Positions 8,994 through 17,919 of a DNA stretch of 64,000 nucleotides are shown in pieces; the first letter of the stretch is position 1, and each line of letters begins with the position of its first letter. A program made the translations under genes and the position numbers. The DNA comes from an uncultured Pelagibacteraceae bacterium (lineage in GTDB: Bacteria; Pseudomonadota; Alphaproteobacteria; Pelagibacterales; Pelagibacteraceae), in contig CACCIT010000003.1 of NCBI GenBank assembly GCA_902546145.1, positions 4,689 through 68,688 of the forward strand, written 5' to 3'. Under the pieces are notes generated by a model. The model had not been told where the DNA came from. It worked only from the letters and a program-made list of their open reading frames with translations, and made no database searches.

Positions 8994-9875
8994 ATGAACG
9001 ATTTAAATTTATTTAAAAAAAATGGCTTTCTTGTTAAAGAAAATTTAATTTCTCAAACAAAGATAAACAAAATAAATAAAATTGTTAATGAAGTAATTTC
9101 AAAAGAGAAAAAGAAAAAATATCGTAATAGTGTAAATGGAACTCAATCCTATAATAATTACCATTTTGTTTACAATTCAGGCTCATCCAGAAATAAAGAA
9201 ATTTTAAGACTAAATAATCCTCAGAACAGGCATAAAGTTTTCTATGAATTATCTAGAGATAAAAAGATTATATCCATAGCTAAAAAATTGTTAGGTGGAA
9301 CAGTTAGATTTCATCTTGGTAAATTAAATTTTAAGCTTCCAAATAAGAAAAAAGGAAGTGAAATTGGATGGCACCAAGATTGGGCTTTTTACCCTCATAC
9401 AAACGATGATTTAATCACAGTTGGTATATATTTAGATGATTGCTATGAGAAAAATGGGCCTCTTAAAATAATAAAAAATTCACACAAAAAGAAATTATAC
9501 AGCCACCACAGTAAAGAAAATTATTTTGTTGGAAAAATAGATACTAAGAAAAATAAAATAGGAACTAAAGATAGTGTTTCTATAACAGGAACTGCTGGAA
9601 CAGTTGTTTTTTTTCATTGTAGATCAGTTCATGGTTCTGGACATAATCTTATGAATAACTCAAGACCCTTAATTTTATTTGGTTATAGAGCTTGTGATGC
9701 TTGGCCATTAATCAATGATGGAAACCCTCATCCTGAAGTAAATTTAGAAAATTATGATAAAAATATTATTGTAGGAAATAAATCAATAAAACCAAGATTA
9801 ACTAAAGTTCCGACAATAATCCCACTACCTAAAAAGAAACATTATGTTTCTATCTACGAACTTCAAAAAAATTAA
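8994..9875 (+). CDS. PhyH-family Fe(II)/2-oxoglutarate dioxygenase, HtxA (hypophosphite dioxygenase)-like
   Basis: KLNFK..WHQDWAFYPHTNDD (HxD), HCRSVHGSGHN (distal His), downstream Arg. The family is secure; the HtxA resemblance is from recalled sequence. Confidence 0.85.
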   Translation: MNDLNLFKKNGFLVKENLISQTKINKINKIVNEVISKEKKKKYRNSVNGTQSYNNYHFVYNSGSSRNKEILRLNNPQNRHKVFYELSRDKKIISIAKKLLGGTVRFHLGKLNFKLPNKKKGSEIGWHQDWAFYPHTNDDLITVGIYLDDCYEKNGPLKIIKNSHKKKLYSHHSKENYFVGKIDTKKNKIGTKDSVSITGTAGTVVFFHCRSVHGSGHNLMNNSRPLILFGYRACDAWPLINDGNPHPEVNLENYDKNIIVGNKSIKPRLTKVPTIIPLPKKKHYVSIYELQKN

Positions 9876-9892
9876 GCATTAATAGAAATTAG

Positions 9893-9910
9893 TTTTAACA
9901 AATCTTTAAT
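9893..9910 (+). promoter_or_regulatory. putative Pho box
   Basis: TTTTAAC-AAAT-CTTTAAT, 11-bp phasing; half-sites resemble those at pstS and plcP. Confidence 0.5.
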
Positions 9911-9963
9911 ATAATAATATCGTAATTTAAAATGATAATAGATTTAAAAAATAAGGAGAAAAA

Positions 9964-10203
9964 ATGACCACAAATATCAGAATATTAAAATGGACAAGCA
10001 CAGTGTTAACACTTTTAGGAATATTAACTTTTTATTTAGATTACTATCCTTATAGTATGATACCTCACAGTTTAGGTATAATCGGTTGGACTATTGTTGG
10101 TACTATTACAAAGGATAAACCTTTATTAACAAATTTTTCATTACAAATACCGATAATGATTGCAGGTATAATTAAATACTCTTATACAACAGGAATATTT
10201 TAG
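9964..10203 (+). CDS. small 3-TM membrane protein of unknown function
   Basis: 79 aa with three hydrophobic segments; strong SD (AAGGAG) upstream. Confidence 0.8.
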   Translation: MTTNIRILKWTSTVLTLLGILTFYLDYYPYSMIPHSLGIIGWTIVGTITKDKPLLTNFSLQIPIMIAGIIKYSYTTGIF

Positions 10204-11336
10204 CTTACTTGGTTTCCGTTTGACCAAACGTTTTTCACAACAGGTAAATTTTGATAAATTTTAAACCTTACTAAATCTGCTCTTTTATTGTTGTCAATTA
10301 AACCCCTATCATTTAAATTTGTGGCTACAGATGGAGCGTGACTAGCTGCTGCAAATGCTTTTGGAAGATTATCAATTTCTAAACCCCATTTGACAACAGA
10401 TATAATTAATGAGGATGGAATATAATCTGAGCTTAAGATATCTAGACAATCATTTTCTAAGAGTTCTTTTGCAGATATATTTCCAGAGTGTGAACCTCCC
10501 CTAAGTAAATTAGGAGATCCCATCATGACTTTAATATTGTAATCTTTAGAAGTTTTGGCTGCTTCTAATGTTGTTGGAAATTCAGCCAATTTTACTCCAT
10601 ATTTATTTGAATTATGAACATCATTTTCAGTGGTATCGTCATGACTAGCCAAAATACAATCATATGAGGATTTAAATTCTAGAATTTTATCTATGTGTTT
10701 CTTGCTGTTTTTTTTTTGAAGATTTTTTAAGTGTTCAAAATGAATTTCCATTTCATTTTCTGTCATACCATGTTTGATTGAAAGATATTCTTTGTACTTA
10801 TCTATAACTCTAAATTGTCTCTGACCAGGTGTATGATCCATTATACTAATCAGTTTTACATCGTGAGTTTCATTGTATTCGTCTAATTCATCAATCAAAT
10901 TCTCCGAACAAGTTTCGGCTCTTAAATGTATTTTGTGATCAATCTTGAGAATATTATCTTTCTTAAAATTTGAAATTATATCTGAACATTTTTTTGCATA
11001 TTTTTTGTATTTTCCTGTTTTTTCGATAGAACCAACTCTCAATGCATCAAAAACTGTTGTTATTCCAACAGATGCTAGTTCTCTATCATGAGATAAAATT
11101 GCATTTTCTACTGGAAATGAAACTTTAGGTCTTGGTGTCATGTGTCTTTCAAGATTGTCGGTATGTAGTTCAACTAATCCTGGAGAGATGTAATCTTTTT
11201 CACAGTCTATTGAATTTTTGTTATTACTTAATCCACTACTGATATCGACGATCTTATTATTTTTAATTCTTATATGGCCATGAATAATCTCATCCTTTTT
11301 AATTATCATGGCGTTATTTAAAATATACTCATGCAT
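10200..11336 (-). CDS. phnM: alpha-D-ribose 1-methylphosphonate 5-triphosphate diphosphatase
   Basis: PGLVELHTDNLE, MDHTPGQRQF, ASHDD, AEFPTT, GGSHSGN, LSSDY. Confidence 0.96.
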   Translation of the reverse strand: MHEYILNNAMIIKKDEIIHGHIRIKNNKIVDISSGLSNNKNSIDCEKDYISPGLVELHTDNLERHMTPRPKVSFPVENAILSHDRELASVGITTVFDALRVGSIEKTGKYKKYAKKCSDIISNFKKDNILKIDHKIHLRAETCSENLIDELDEYNETHDVKLISIMDHTPGQRQFRVIDKYKEYLSIKHGMTENEMEIHFEHLKNLQKKNSKKHIDKILEFKSSYDCILASHDDTTENDVHNSNKYGVKLAEFPTTLEAAKTSKDYNIKVMMGSPNLLRGGSHSGNISAKELLENDCLDILSSDYIPSSLIISVVKWGLEIDNLPKAFAAASHAPSVATNLNDRGLIDNNKRADLVRFKIYQNLPVVKNVWSNGNQVS

Positions 11337-11358
11337 TTCTTTTTAATACACATGAATT

Positions 11359-11376
11359 GTTACAAATATTTTAAAT
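11359..11376 (-). promoter_or_regulatory. putative Pho box for phnM
   Basis: Minus strand: ATTTAAA-ATAT-TTGTAAC, 10 nt, TATTAA, 6 nt, ATG. Confidence 0.55.
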
Positions 11377-11414
11377 TTGAGAAAAAAATTTATATAAGTA
11401 TTAAAGGTTGAATT

Positions 11415-12128
11415 ATGAAAAAATATTCCAGATATGCTATTTACTATGCACCTCCAAAAGAAAGTAATCTAGAAGAATTTGGTAGATATTGGTTCGGTTG
11501 GGATCCACTTAATGCAAAGTTAATAAATAACAAACAAAGAATTAATTATCTAAACGGATTTGGAATTAAAAACTTAAAAAACATAGATAAAAATGTTTTA
11601 ATTGCAAAAAAATATGGGTTTCACGGTACGCTTATCCCTCCTTTTAGACTAAACAAAAATTATAGTACTAATTTATTATTTAAAAAAACTGAGGACATAG
11701 CAAAAAAATTCAAAAAATTTAAATTTTATAAATTTAAATTAAAAAAAATAAATAATTTTTATGCTTTTGTTCAAAATAAAAAAAATAATAACATTAATAA
11801 GTTATCCAATAGACTAGTTAGAGAATTATTTAAATTTAGGTCACCTCTTACAAAAAAAGAAATTGATAGAAGAAATCCCTCTAAACTAAGTAAATTACAA
11901 TTAAATATTTTATATAAGTGGGGATACCCCTATTTAATGTCAGAATTTAGTTTCCATATGACCCTTGCATCAGAGGTCACAGGCAATAAATTGTACTTTG
12001 AGTTAAAAAAAATTGAAAAAAACAAAGAAATCATTTTAAATGAAATAAATAATTTTGATAAAATATATATATTTGGTGAAAACCAAAAAGGAATGTTTGA
12101 GAATTTAGAGAATTTTTCACTTAGCTAA
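11415..12128 (+). CDS. DUF1045 phosphonate-metabolism protein (2H phosphoesterase; likely functional replacement of PhnP)
   Basis: RYAIYYAP, YGFHGTL and FHMTL (two HxT motifs), WGYPY; inside the phn cluster. Confidence 0.88.
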   Translation: MKKYSRYAIYYAPPKESNLEEFGRYWFGWDPLNAKLINNKQRINYLNGFGIKNLKNIDKNVLIAKKYGFHGTLIPPFRLNKNYSTNLLFKKTEDIAKKFKKFKFYKFKLKKINNFYAFVQNKKNNNINKLSNRLVRELFKFRSPLTKKEIDRRNPSKLSKLQLNILYKWGYPYLMSEFSFHMTLASEVTGNKLYFELKKIEKNKEIILNEINNFDKIYIFGENQKGMFENLENFSLS

Positions 12129-12653
12129 AATTATTTTTTTTAATTTATTTGCACCTATAGATATCGATTTATTATTATTTATAGTAATTGTATTTTTAGG
12201 AAGTAAATTAATTTTTCTTTTTATTCTTTTATTAATTGATTTTTTGTCTTCTCTAGCTCGATTTACAAGTCTTTTTTTAATAGTTGTTGATGGGGCAGTA
12301 ATATTAATTATTTTAACGTTATTAACTTTTTTTTTTATTTTAAAAAGTACTTTTCTTGATCCATTAAAAATTACTGTTTTACCTTCCTCTATTTTTTTTA
12401 TTTCCTTAAATGGAATACCGTATGAAAAACCATGAGCTGTCCAGTAAACAAAGAAATGTTTTTTTGAAATCTTATCTTCAAAATTTTTAATTGATATGCT
12501 GTAATGATCTTCATTTTTAATATCTTTTTTCCTAGTAATGTACCTTTTTACCAAAATGGAATTAGGAATTTTTTTAATTACTTTTTTTAATAATGTATCT
12601 TTTCCTGATCCTGATGGTCCAACGACTACGATAAGCTGACCGTTATTTTGCAT
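12117..12653 (-). CDS. phnN: ribose 1,5-bisphosphate phosphokinase
   Basis: VVGPSGSGKDT, RYITR, WTAHGFSYGIP, NGSR. Confidence 0.93.
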   Translation of the reverse strand: MQNNGQLIVVVGPSGSGKDTLLKKVIKKIPNSILVKRYITRKKDIKNEDHYSISIKNFEDKISKKHFFVYWTAHGFSYGIPFKEIKKIEEGKTVIFNGSRKVLFKIKKKVNNVKIINITAPSTTIKKRLVNRAREDKKSINKRIKRKINLLPKNTITINNNKSISIGANKLKKIILAK

Positions 12654-13320
12654 CTGATATTTTTGTAATATCTATTTCCCTAGCTTTTAAATATTTACGT
12701 GAATATTCATCATGAAAAATGCCAATTATTGAAGACCCTTTATCTTTTTTTTCATTAATCAAATTCAAGACAATATCTTTGTTAACACTATCTAAACTAG
12801 CAGTTGGTTCATCTAACAATAAACATGGATAATTTCTAATCAGTCCCCTAGCAACATTAACTCTTTGTTGTTCTCCACCTGAAAAAGTTAGTGGCGATAA
12901 ATTCCATAAGTTTTTATGAATATTAAGTTTTAGTAAAATTTTTTCAGCTTTTTCACGAACTTCATCTTGATCCGAATTTATTTCTAATAAGGGTTCCATA
13001 ACAATTTCAATTGTAGGAACACGAGGTATCACTCTAAGAAATTGACTAACATATCCTATTATATTTTTTCTAAGTTCAATAATATTTCTCGGATATTTAT
13101 GATCTATGTTGTGATTATTAATTTTAATTTGTCCTGATTGAAAAACATAGTTTCCATAAATCATTTTTAAAATACTAGACTTTCCGACACCTGATGGTCC
13201 TGTTAAAGCTACAATTTCTCCAGGGTTAATTTTCAAATTCAAATTATTAAAAACTAATATGTTTGTTTTGCCCTGATTATGAAGTGTAAATTTTTTTGTA
13301 ATTTTATTTAGTTCAATCAT
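12643..13320 (-). CDS. phnL: C-P lyase ABC-type subunit
   Basis: KFTLHNQG, GYVSQFLRVIPRV, TFSGGEQQRVN, GIFHD. Confidence 0.96.
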   Translation of the reverse strand: MIELNKITKKFTLHNQGKTNILVFNNLNLKINPGEIVALTGPSGVGKSSILKMIYGNYVFQSGQIKINNHNIDHKYPRNIIELRKNIIGYVSQFLRVIPRVPTIEIVMEPLLEINSDQDEVREKAEKILLKLNIHKNLWNLSPLTFSGGEQQRVNVARGLIRNYPCLLLDEPTASLDSVNKDIVLNLINEKKDKGSSIIGIFHDEYSRKYLKAREIDITKISDAK

Positions 13321-13322
13321 TT

Positions 13323-14090
13323 TTAAACCTGTAATACTGAACTAACTAATAACTGAGTATAAGAATGTTGCGGATCATCTAATACTTGATCACAAAGTCC
13401 AGATTCAACAGCCTCTCCATTTTTCATAACAATAATTTTATCAGCTAACAATCTAATCACTGCTAAATCGTGAGAAACGATTACAACTGATAAATTTAAT
13501 TCTCTAACTAATTTTCTTAACAAATCTAAAATTTTTGCTTGAACAGATACATCAAGACCTCCTGTTGGTTCATCCATGAAAATTATTTTAGGACTCGTAA
13601 CCAAATTTTTTGCTATTTGTAATCTTTGCAACATTCCACCAGAAAATGTTCTTGGAAAATCATCTACTCTACTTTTATCGATTTCCACTTTATCTAACCA
13701 TTTAAAAATAGTTTGCCTAATATTTCCGTAATTTCTTTGTCCAATGGACATTAATCTTTCACTAATATTTCCACCAGCACTTACATCCAATCTTAAACCA
13801 TCTCTAGGATTTTGGTGAACAAAAGCTAATTCAGTTCTTATCAATAACCTTTTCAATGACTCGGATATTTCTAGAAAATCAATCGTTTCATTACCTGTTT
13901 CAATTAAGATTTTTCCACTATCAGGAATAAGATTGCCTGATATGGAATTTATAAAAGTTGTTTTTCCTGAGCCAGATTCTCCTACTACACCAACGACTTC
14001 CCCAGGATATAATGTCAAATTCATATTTTTGCATCCCACTTGATTACCGTAATATTTGTTTAGATTATGAACTGACAAAATTGGTTGCAT
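13323..14090 (-). CDS. phnK: C-P lyase ABC-type subunit
   Basis: HQNPRDGLR, FSGGMLQRLQIA, MDEPTGGLDVSVQA, DDPQHSYTQLLVSS. Confidence 0.96.
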   Translation of the reverse strand: MQPILSVHNLNKYYGNQVGCKNMNLTLYPGEVVGVVGESGSGKTTFINSISGNLIPDSGKILIETGNETIDFLEISESLKRLLIRTELAFVHQNPRDGLRLDVSAGGNISERLMSIGQRNYGNIRQTIFKWLDKVEIDKSRVDDFPRTFSGGMLQRLQIAKNLVTSPKIIFMDEPTGGLDVSVQAKILDLLRKLVRELNLSVVIVSHDLAVIRLLADKIIVMKNGEAVESGLCDQVLDDPQHSYTQLLVSSVLQV

Positions 14091-14972
14091 TTAATTATTT
14101 TCCATTCTTTGATTACAATAATTTGTATCTGAACATATAAATGATCTATTACCGTCATCATCAGTAATTATTTCATCTAAAAAACTCTCATTTGATCCAC
14201 AAATAGAACATTTATGAGGTGCCTTTGAGGGATCAAATGGATAATCCTCAAAATCAAGACTCGTTACTTCAGTATATGGTGGTATTGCATAAATTCTTTG
14301 CTCTCTTCCTGCTCCAAATAATTGAATAGCAGGGTTATTGTTCATTTTTGGGTTATCAAATTTTGGAATAGGTGATGGGTCCATTATATATCTATCATTT
14401 GTCTTTACCGGATAAGCATATGCTGTTTCTATATGACCATTTTTGGTAATATCTTCATATAACTTTACATGCATAATTCCATATTCTGATAGTGCATGCA
14501 TTTTTTTAGTTTCTTGATATCTTGGTTCTAAAAATGCTAGAGGTTCTGGTATTGGAACCTGATAAACAAGTATTTGTTTTTCTTTTAACTTTTCTTCTGG
14601 AATTCTGTGTCTTGTCTGAATTATCGAAGCTTGGCTTGTTTTTTCTGTGGTCTCAATATTAGCAGTTTTTTTAAAGAAATTTCTAATTGAAACTGCGTTT
14701 GTAGTATCATCTGCTCCTTGGTCAATAACTTTTATCACATCGTCAGTTGTTAAACATGACGATGTTACTTGAACGCCTCCTGTTCCCCATCCATATGGCA
14801 TAGGCATTTCTCTAGATGAAAATGGAACTTGATAACCTGGTATGCAAAGAGCTTTGATCAAAGCTCTTCTTATCATTCTTTTTGTATTTTCGTCTAAATA
14901 AGCAAAATTATATATTTCATCTTGAGCTGCAACATCAGTTTTTTTATTTTTAAATTTAAGTACGTTGTTCAT
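14091..14972 (-). CDS. phnJ: radical-SAM C-P lyase catalytic subunit
   Basis: IPGYQVPF (catalytic Gly), PYGWGTGG, DQGADDTTNA, Cx2C...CSDTNYC. Confidence 0.98.
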   Translation of the reverse strand: MNNVLKFKNKKTDVAAQDEIYNFAYLDENTKRMIRRALIKALCIPGYQVPFSSREMPMPYGWGTGGVQVTSSCLTTDDVIKVIDQGADDTTNAVSIRNFFKKTANIETTEKTSQASIIQTRHRIPEEKLKEKQILVYQVPIPEPLAFLEPRYQETKKMHALSEYGIMHVKLYEDITKNGHIETAYAYPVKTNDRYIMDPSPIPKFDNPKMNNNPAIQLFGAGREQRIYAIPPYTEVTSLDFEDYPFDPSKAPHKCSICGSNESFLDEIITDDDGNRSFICSDTNYCNQRMENN

Positions 14973-16035
14973 TTTTTTTATACTCTTCTCTAATTTTTCT
15001 TACTAAATCCAATTCCGCTTGAAAATCTACATAATGAGGTAATTTGATATGTTCTAAAAAACCTGTGGCTTGAATATTATCACAATGAGATATAACAAAT
15101 TCTTCATCTTGAGCAGCAACACCCAAATACTCTTCACCAAATTCTCTCCATCTCATTGATCTATCAACTAAAGCCATAGAAATAGCTTTTCTCTCTAATT
15201 GACCAAAAACTAAACCATATCCACGGGTAAATTGAGCAGGTATTTTTTTACTACCTTTAAATTGGTTTACTGACTCACACTCAGTAAACATGACATCAGC
15301 AATATTTATTTCTATACCTAATTCTGGAATTTCAAATTGAACCTCAACGTAACCAGTTCTTAATTCACCAACAAATGCATGGTTTCTAGCATACCCTCTC
15401 TGTGTTGAGTAAGCTAAACCAAGAAGAAAACCTTCATCTCCTCTTGAAAGAGATTGCAATCGTTCAGATCTTGTTAAAGGAAAATTAATTGGGTTTCTTG
15501 TAATATCTTTAGATGTTCTGCCACTAGGTATTTCTTTTTGAATTAATCCTTCTTTATTTAAAAAACTTAAAACATGGGGGATTTCCTTATCATCATATTT
15601 TTCAATCTTAGCTTTTTCATACTCACCATCAGCAAGAAGTTTGAAGTCAAGTAAACGGTGTGTATAGTCAAATGTTGGGCCTAACTTTTGTTTACCTGGG
15701 ATATCTTTAAATGTTGCAGATATTCTTCTCAGGCATAACATTTTGCTAGTTTTGATAGGTTTGCTTGAACCAATTCTAGGTAAAGTAGTTCTATAGGCTC
15801 TCATTAGAAAAATTGCTTCAATCAAGTCACCTCTAGACTGTTTGATTGCAAGAGCAGACAAATCTTTGTCATATAAAGATCCTTCTGACATAACTCTATC
15901 AACACTTAAAGTTAGTTGTTCACTAATTTGTTTAATATTTAGTTCTGCTATATTTACATCCCCTCTTCTTATTTCAGATAACCATGAATGTGCGTTATTT
16001 ATTGCCTTTTCTCCTCCTTTTACAGATACATACAT
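14956..16035 (-). CDS. phnI: C-P lyase subunit (nucleosidase)
   Basis: MYVSVKGGEKAI, LGPTFDYTHRL, HIKLPHYVDFQ. Confidence 0.97.
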   Translation of the reverse strand: MYVSVKGGEKAINNAHSWLSEIRRGDVNIAELNIKQISEQLTLSVDRVMSEGSLYDKDLSALAIKQSRGDLIEAIFLMRAYRTTLPRIGSSKPIKTSKMLCLRRISATFKDIPGKQKLGPTFDYTHRLLDFKLLADGEYEKAKIEKYDDKEIPHVLSFLNKEGLIQKEIPSGRTSKDITRNPINFPLTRSERLQSLSRGDEGFLLGLAYSTQRGYARNHAFVGELRTGYVEVQFEIPELGIEINIADVMFTECESVNQFKGSKKIPAQFTRGYGLVFGQLERKAISMALVDRSMRWREFGEEYLGVAAQDEEFVISHCDNIQATGFLEHIKLPHYVDFQAELDLVRKIREEYKKNEQRT

Positions 16036-16036
16036 T

Positions 16037-16591
16037 TTATAGCTCCCCTATTTTTAATGATCTTGGTATTGAATAAAATTTATCATTATCAACAAAATAA
16101 AAATCAAGTCCTAATGGAAATTGCTGGTTATTTTTTTTTATAATCTCTCTATCAGGTAAAAATATACTTTTAGAACTTTTAATACCAGGACCAGTAATTA
16201 TGGCATTTGGTTTTTCAAATTGAGACTGGCAAATAATAGTGCACGATTGATCAGGATTTTGCTCGTCCCCCTTTTTAAATTCATCTAATGGTAAAAGATC
16301 ATCCCAAGTACCAATTGCAAAATTTGCATTTTTTTTATCTGTAATGTTTGCACCTGTATTAAATTTAATCCAATCAATAGTTTCTGAATTGTTAATATTA
16401 CGACCTAAAAAAATATTCGAATAACTGTCACAAAAAGTTTTTATAATAGAGCAACTAGCTGAAAACAGGTTTGAAGGCGAATTTATATTATCTAATATTT
16501 CGATCGAACCAGGATATGAAGTTGCAAACAAAATACTTCTAAAATAATCAGCACTTATTTGAGAATTATTTTTTTTAGAAACAACTTCCAT
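16037..16591 (-). CDS. phnH: C-P lyase subunit
   Basis: SYPG, PDQSCT, GPGI, FPLGLD, IPRS; lies between phnG and phnI. Confidence 0.92.
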   Translation of the reverse strand: MEVVSKKNNSQISADYFRSILFATSYPGSIEILDNINSPSNLFSASCSIIKTFCDSYSNIFLGRNINNSETIDWIKFNTGANITDKKNANFAIGTWDDLLPLDEFKKGDEQNPDQSCTIICQSQFEKPNAIITGPGIKSSKSIFLPDREIIKKNNQQFPLGLDFYFVDNDKFYSIPRSLKIGEL

Positions 16592-16594
16592 AGA

Positions 16595-17038
16595 TTATTT
16601 ATCCTCACCTCTTACCAAAGTAAAAAAATCAACTTTAGTTGCTTCTGTTTTAGATAATATTTCATTTCTTTTGTTATTTTTATATTTAATTAATTTATCT
16701 ATTATATTTCTTTTAATTATTTCTTTTTTTTCAGTTTGCATCAATGCATCACACAAAGCTGCAATTTTGGATTTATATTTATTTCTACCTTGAACATAAC
16801 CATGTCCTTGAATTTTTTTATCTAAATTTAATGAACATCTAGTTATAGTTATTTCTCCAACATTAAAATTATCACCTGTAGCGCCTGCTTTTCCTTGAAC
16901 CATAACACTACCAATCTCAGGTTCTCTTAACCAATTATATTCTATTTTCATATTTAAATTGTCCCAAAGCGAAATAAGATAATTTTCATCTGCTGTTGCT
17001 AAATAACTTAACCATTGTTTTCTTGATTTGTTTTGCAT
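16595..17038 (-). CDS. phnG: C-P lyase subunit
   Basis: PEIGSVMVQG, FNVGEITITRC, ATKVDFFTLVRGE. ATG at 17038 preferred over TTG at 17050. Confidence 0.94.
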   Translation of the reverse strand: MQNKSRKQWLSYLATADENYLISLWDNLNMKIEYNWLREPEIGSVMVQGKAGATGDNFNVGEITITRCSLNLDKKIQGHGYVQGRNKYKSKIAALCDALMQTEKKEIIKRNIIDKLIKYKNNKRNEILSKTEATKVDFFTLVRGEDK

Positions 17039-17042
17039 AGTA

Positions 17043-17058
17043 CTATACAACTAGACAA
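17043..17058. promoter_or_regulatory. possible PhnF (HutC/GntR-type) operator
   Basis: Minus strand TTGTCTAG-TTGTATAG tandem between divergent phnG and phnF; resembles the GTnTAnAC HutC-family core. Confidence 0.4.
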
Positions 17059-17104
17059 GTAACAAAATTAAAAATAATTTCAATAAATTATTTATTAAAA
17101 TTTT

Positions 17105-17815
17105 ATGACAAAAAAAGATTTGCTTTGGAAAGAAATATACAATTCAATCAAAAGAGAAATTATTTTAAATAAGTACAAAATTAATAAAAAATTAGATTCT
17201 GAGAATGACTATGCAAAACAATTTAATGTCAATAGACACACTATAAGAAGAGCTTTTAAAGAACTTAAAGATGATAATTTAATATATTCAAAAAGAGGTC
17301 TTGGAGTATTTGTTAAATCATCAAAAATTAATTACTCAATTAGTAAAAACGTACGATTTACCGAGAATATACTTCAAGAAAACCAATCTGTAAGAATTGA
17401 AATAAAGAGTTTTGATATTGCTGAATGCAATCCTTTTGAAAAAAAAGAACTCAATTTAAAAAAAAATGATAAAGTTACACGCATAAATAGCATAGGTTTT
17501 GTCAACAATTCACCTTCTGTTATAACCTTCAGATCAATTCCTTATACAAAATTTCCAAAATTTATTAATCTTTTTGTTAAAAAACAATCAGTAACCAAAG
17601 CTTTTAATTTATTGAATATCAAATCAATTAAAAGATCAAAAACTCTAATCAATGCAGAAATTGCAGACAAAATAAAATCAAATTTATTAAATATAAATGA
17701 GGGTGAAGCATTATTAAAAACTACATCTGTTAATGTCGATTTTAAAAAAAATCCTATAGAATTAAGTGAAAGTTATTTTATTGGATCTAAAATTCAATTT
17801 TTAGTAAAAAATTAG
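17105..17815 (+). CDS. phnF: GntR/UTRA phosphonate regulator
   Basis: FNVNRHTIRRA HTH, GLGVFV, VRFTEN, C-terminal UTRA domain. Confidence 0.92.
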   Translation: MTKKDLLWKEIYNSIKREIILNKYKINKKLDSENDYAKQFNVNRHTIRRAFKELKDDNLIYSKRGLGVFVKSSKINYSISKNVRFTENILQENQSVRIEIKSFDIAECNPFEKKELNLKKNDKVTRINSIGFVNNSPSVITFRSIPYTKFPKFINLFVKKQSVTKAFNLLNIKSIKRSKTLINAEIADKIKSNLLNINEGEALLKTTSVNVDFKKNPIELSESYFIGSKIQFLVKN

Positions 17816-17835
17816 ATTTTCTACTTTAGGTTTAA

Positions 17836-17864
17836 ATTTCACATAACTTAAACAAAATTTAAAA
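17836..17864 (+). promoter_or_regulatory. putative Pho box for phnCDEE
   Basis: ATTTCAC-ATAA-CTTAAAC-AAAA-TTTAAAA, 10 nt, TAATAT. Confidence 0.5.
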
Positions 17865-17919
17865 GATTCATTAATAATATTTTAATATTTTTTAAAGATT
17901 AGAGGGGTAACAAACCTCA

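Noticed and set aside
8994-9875. Calling the dioxygenase phnY
   Set aside because: It is not adjacent to phnZ, and its motifs fit my recollection of HtxA better. Left without a symbol pending alignment.
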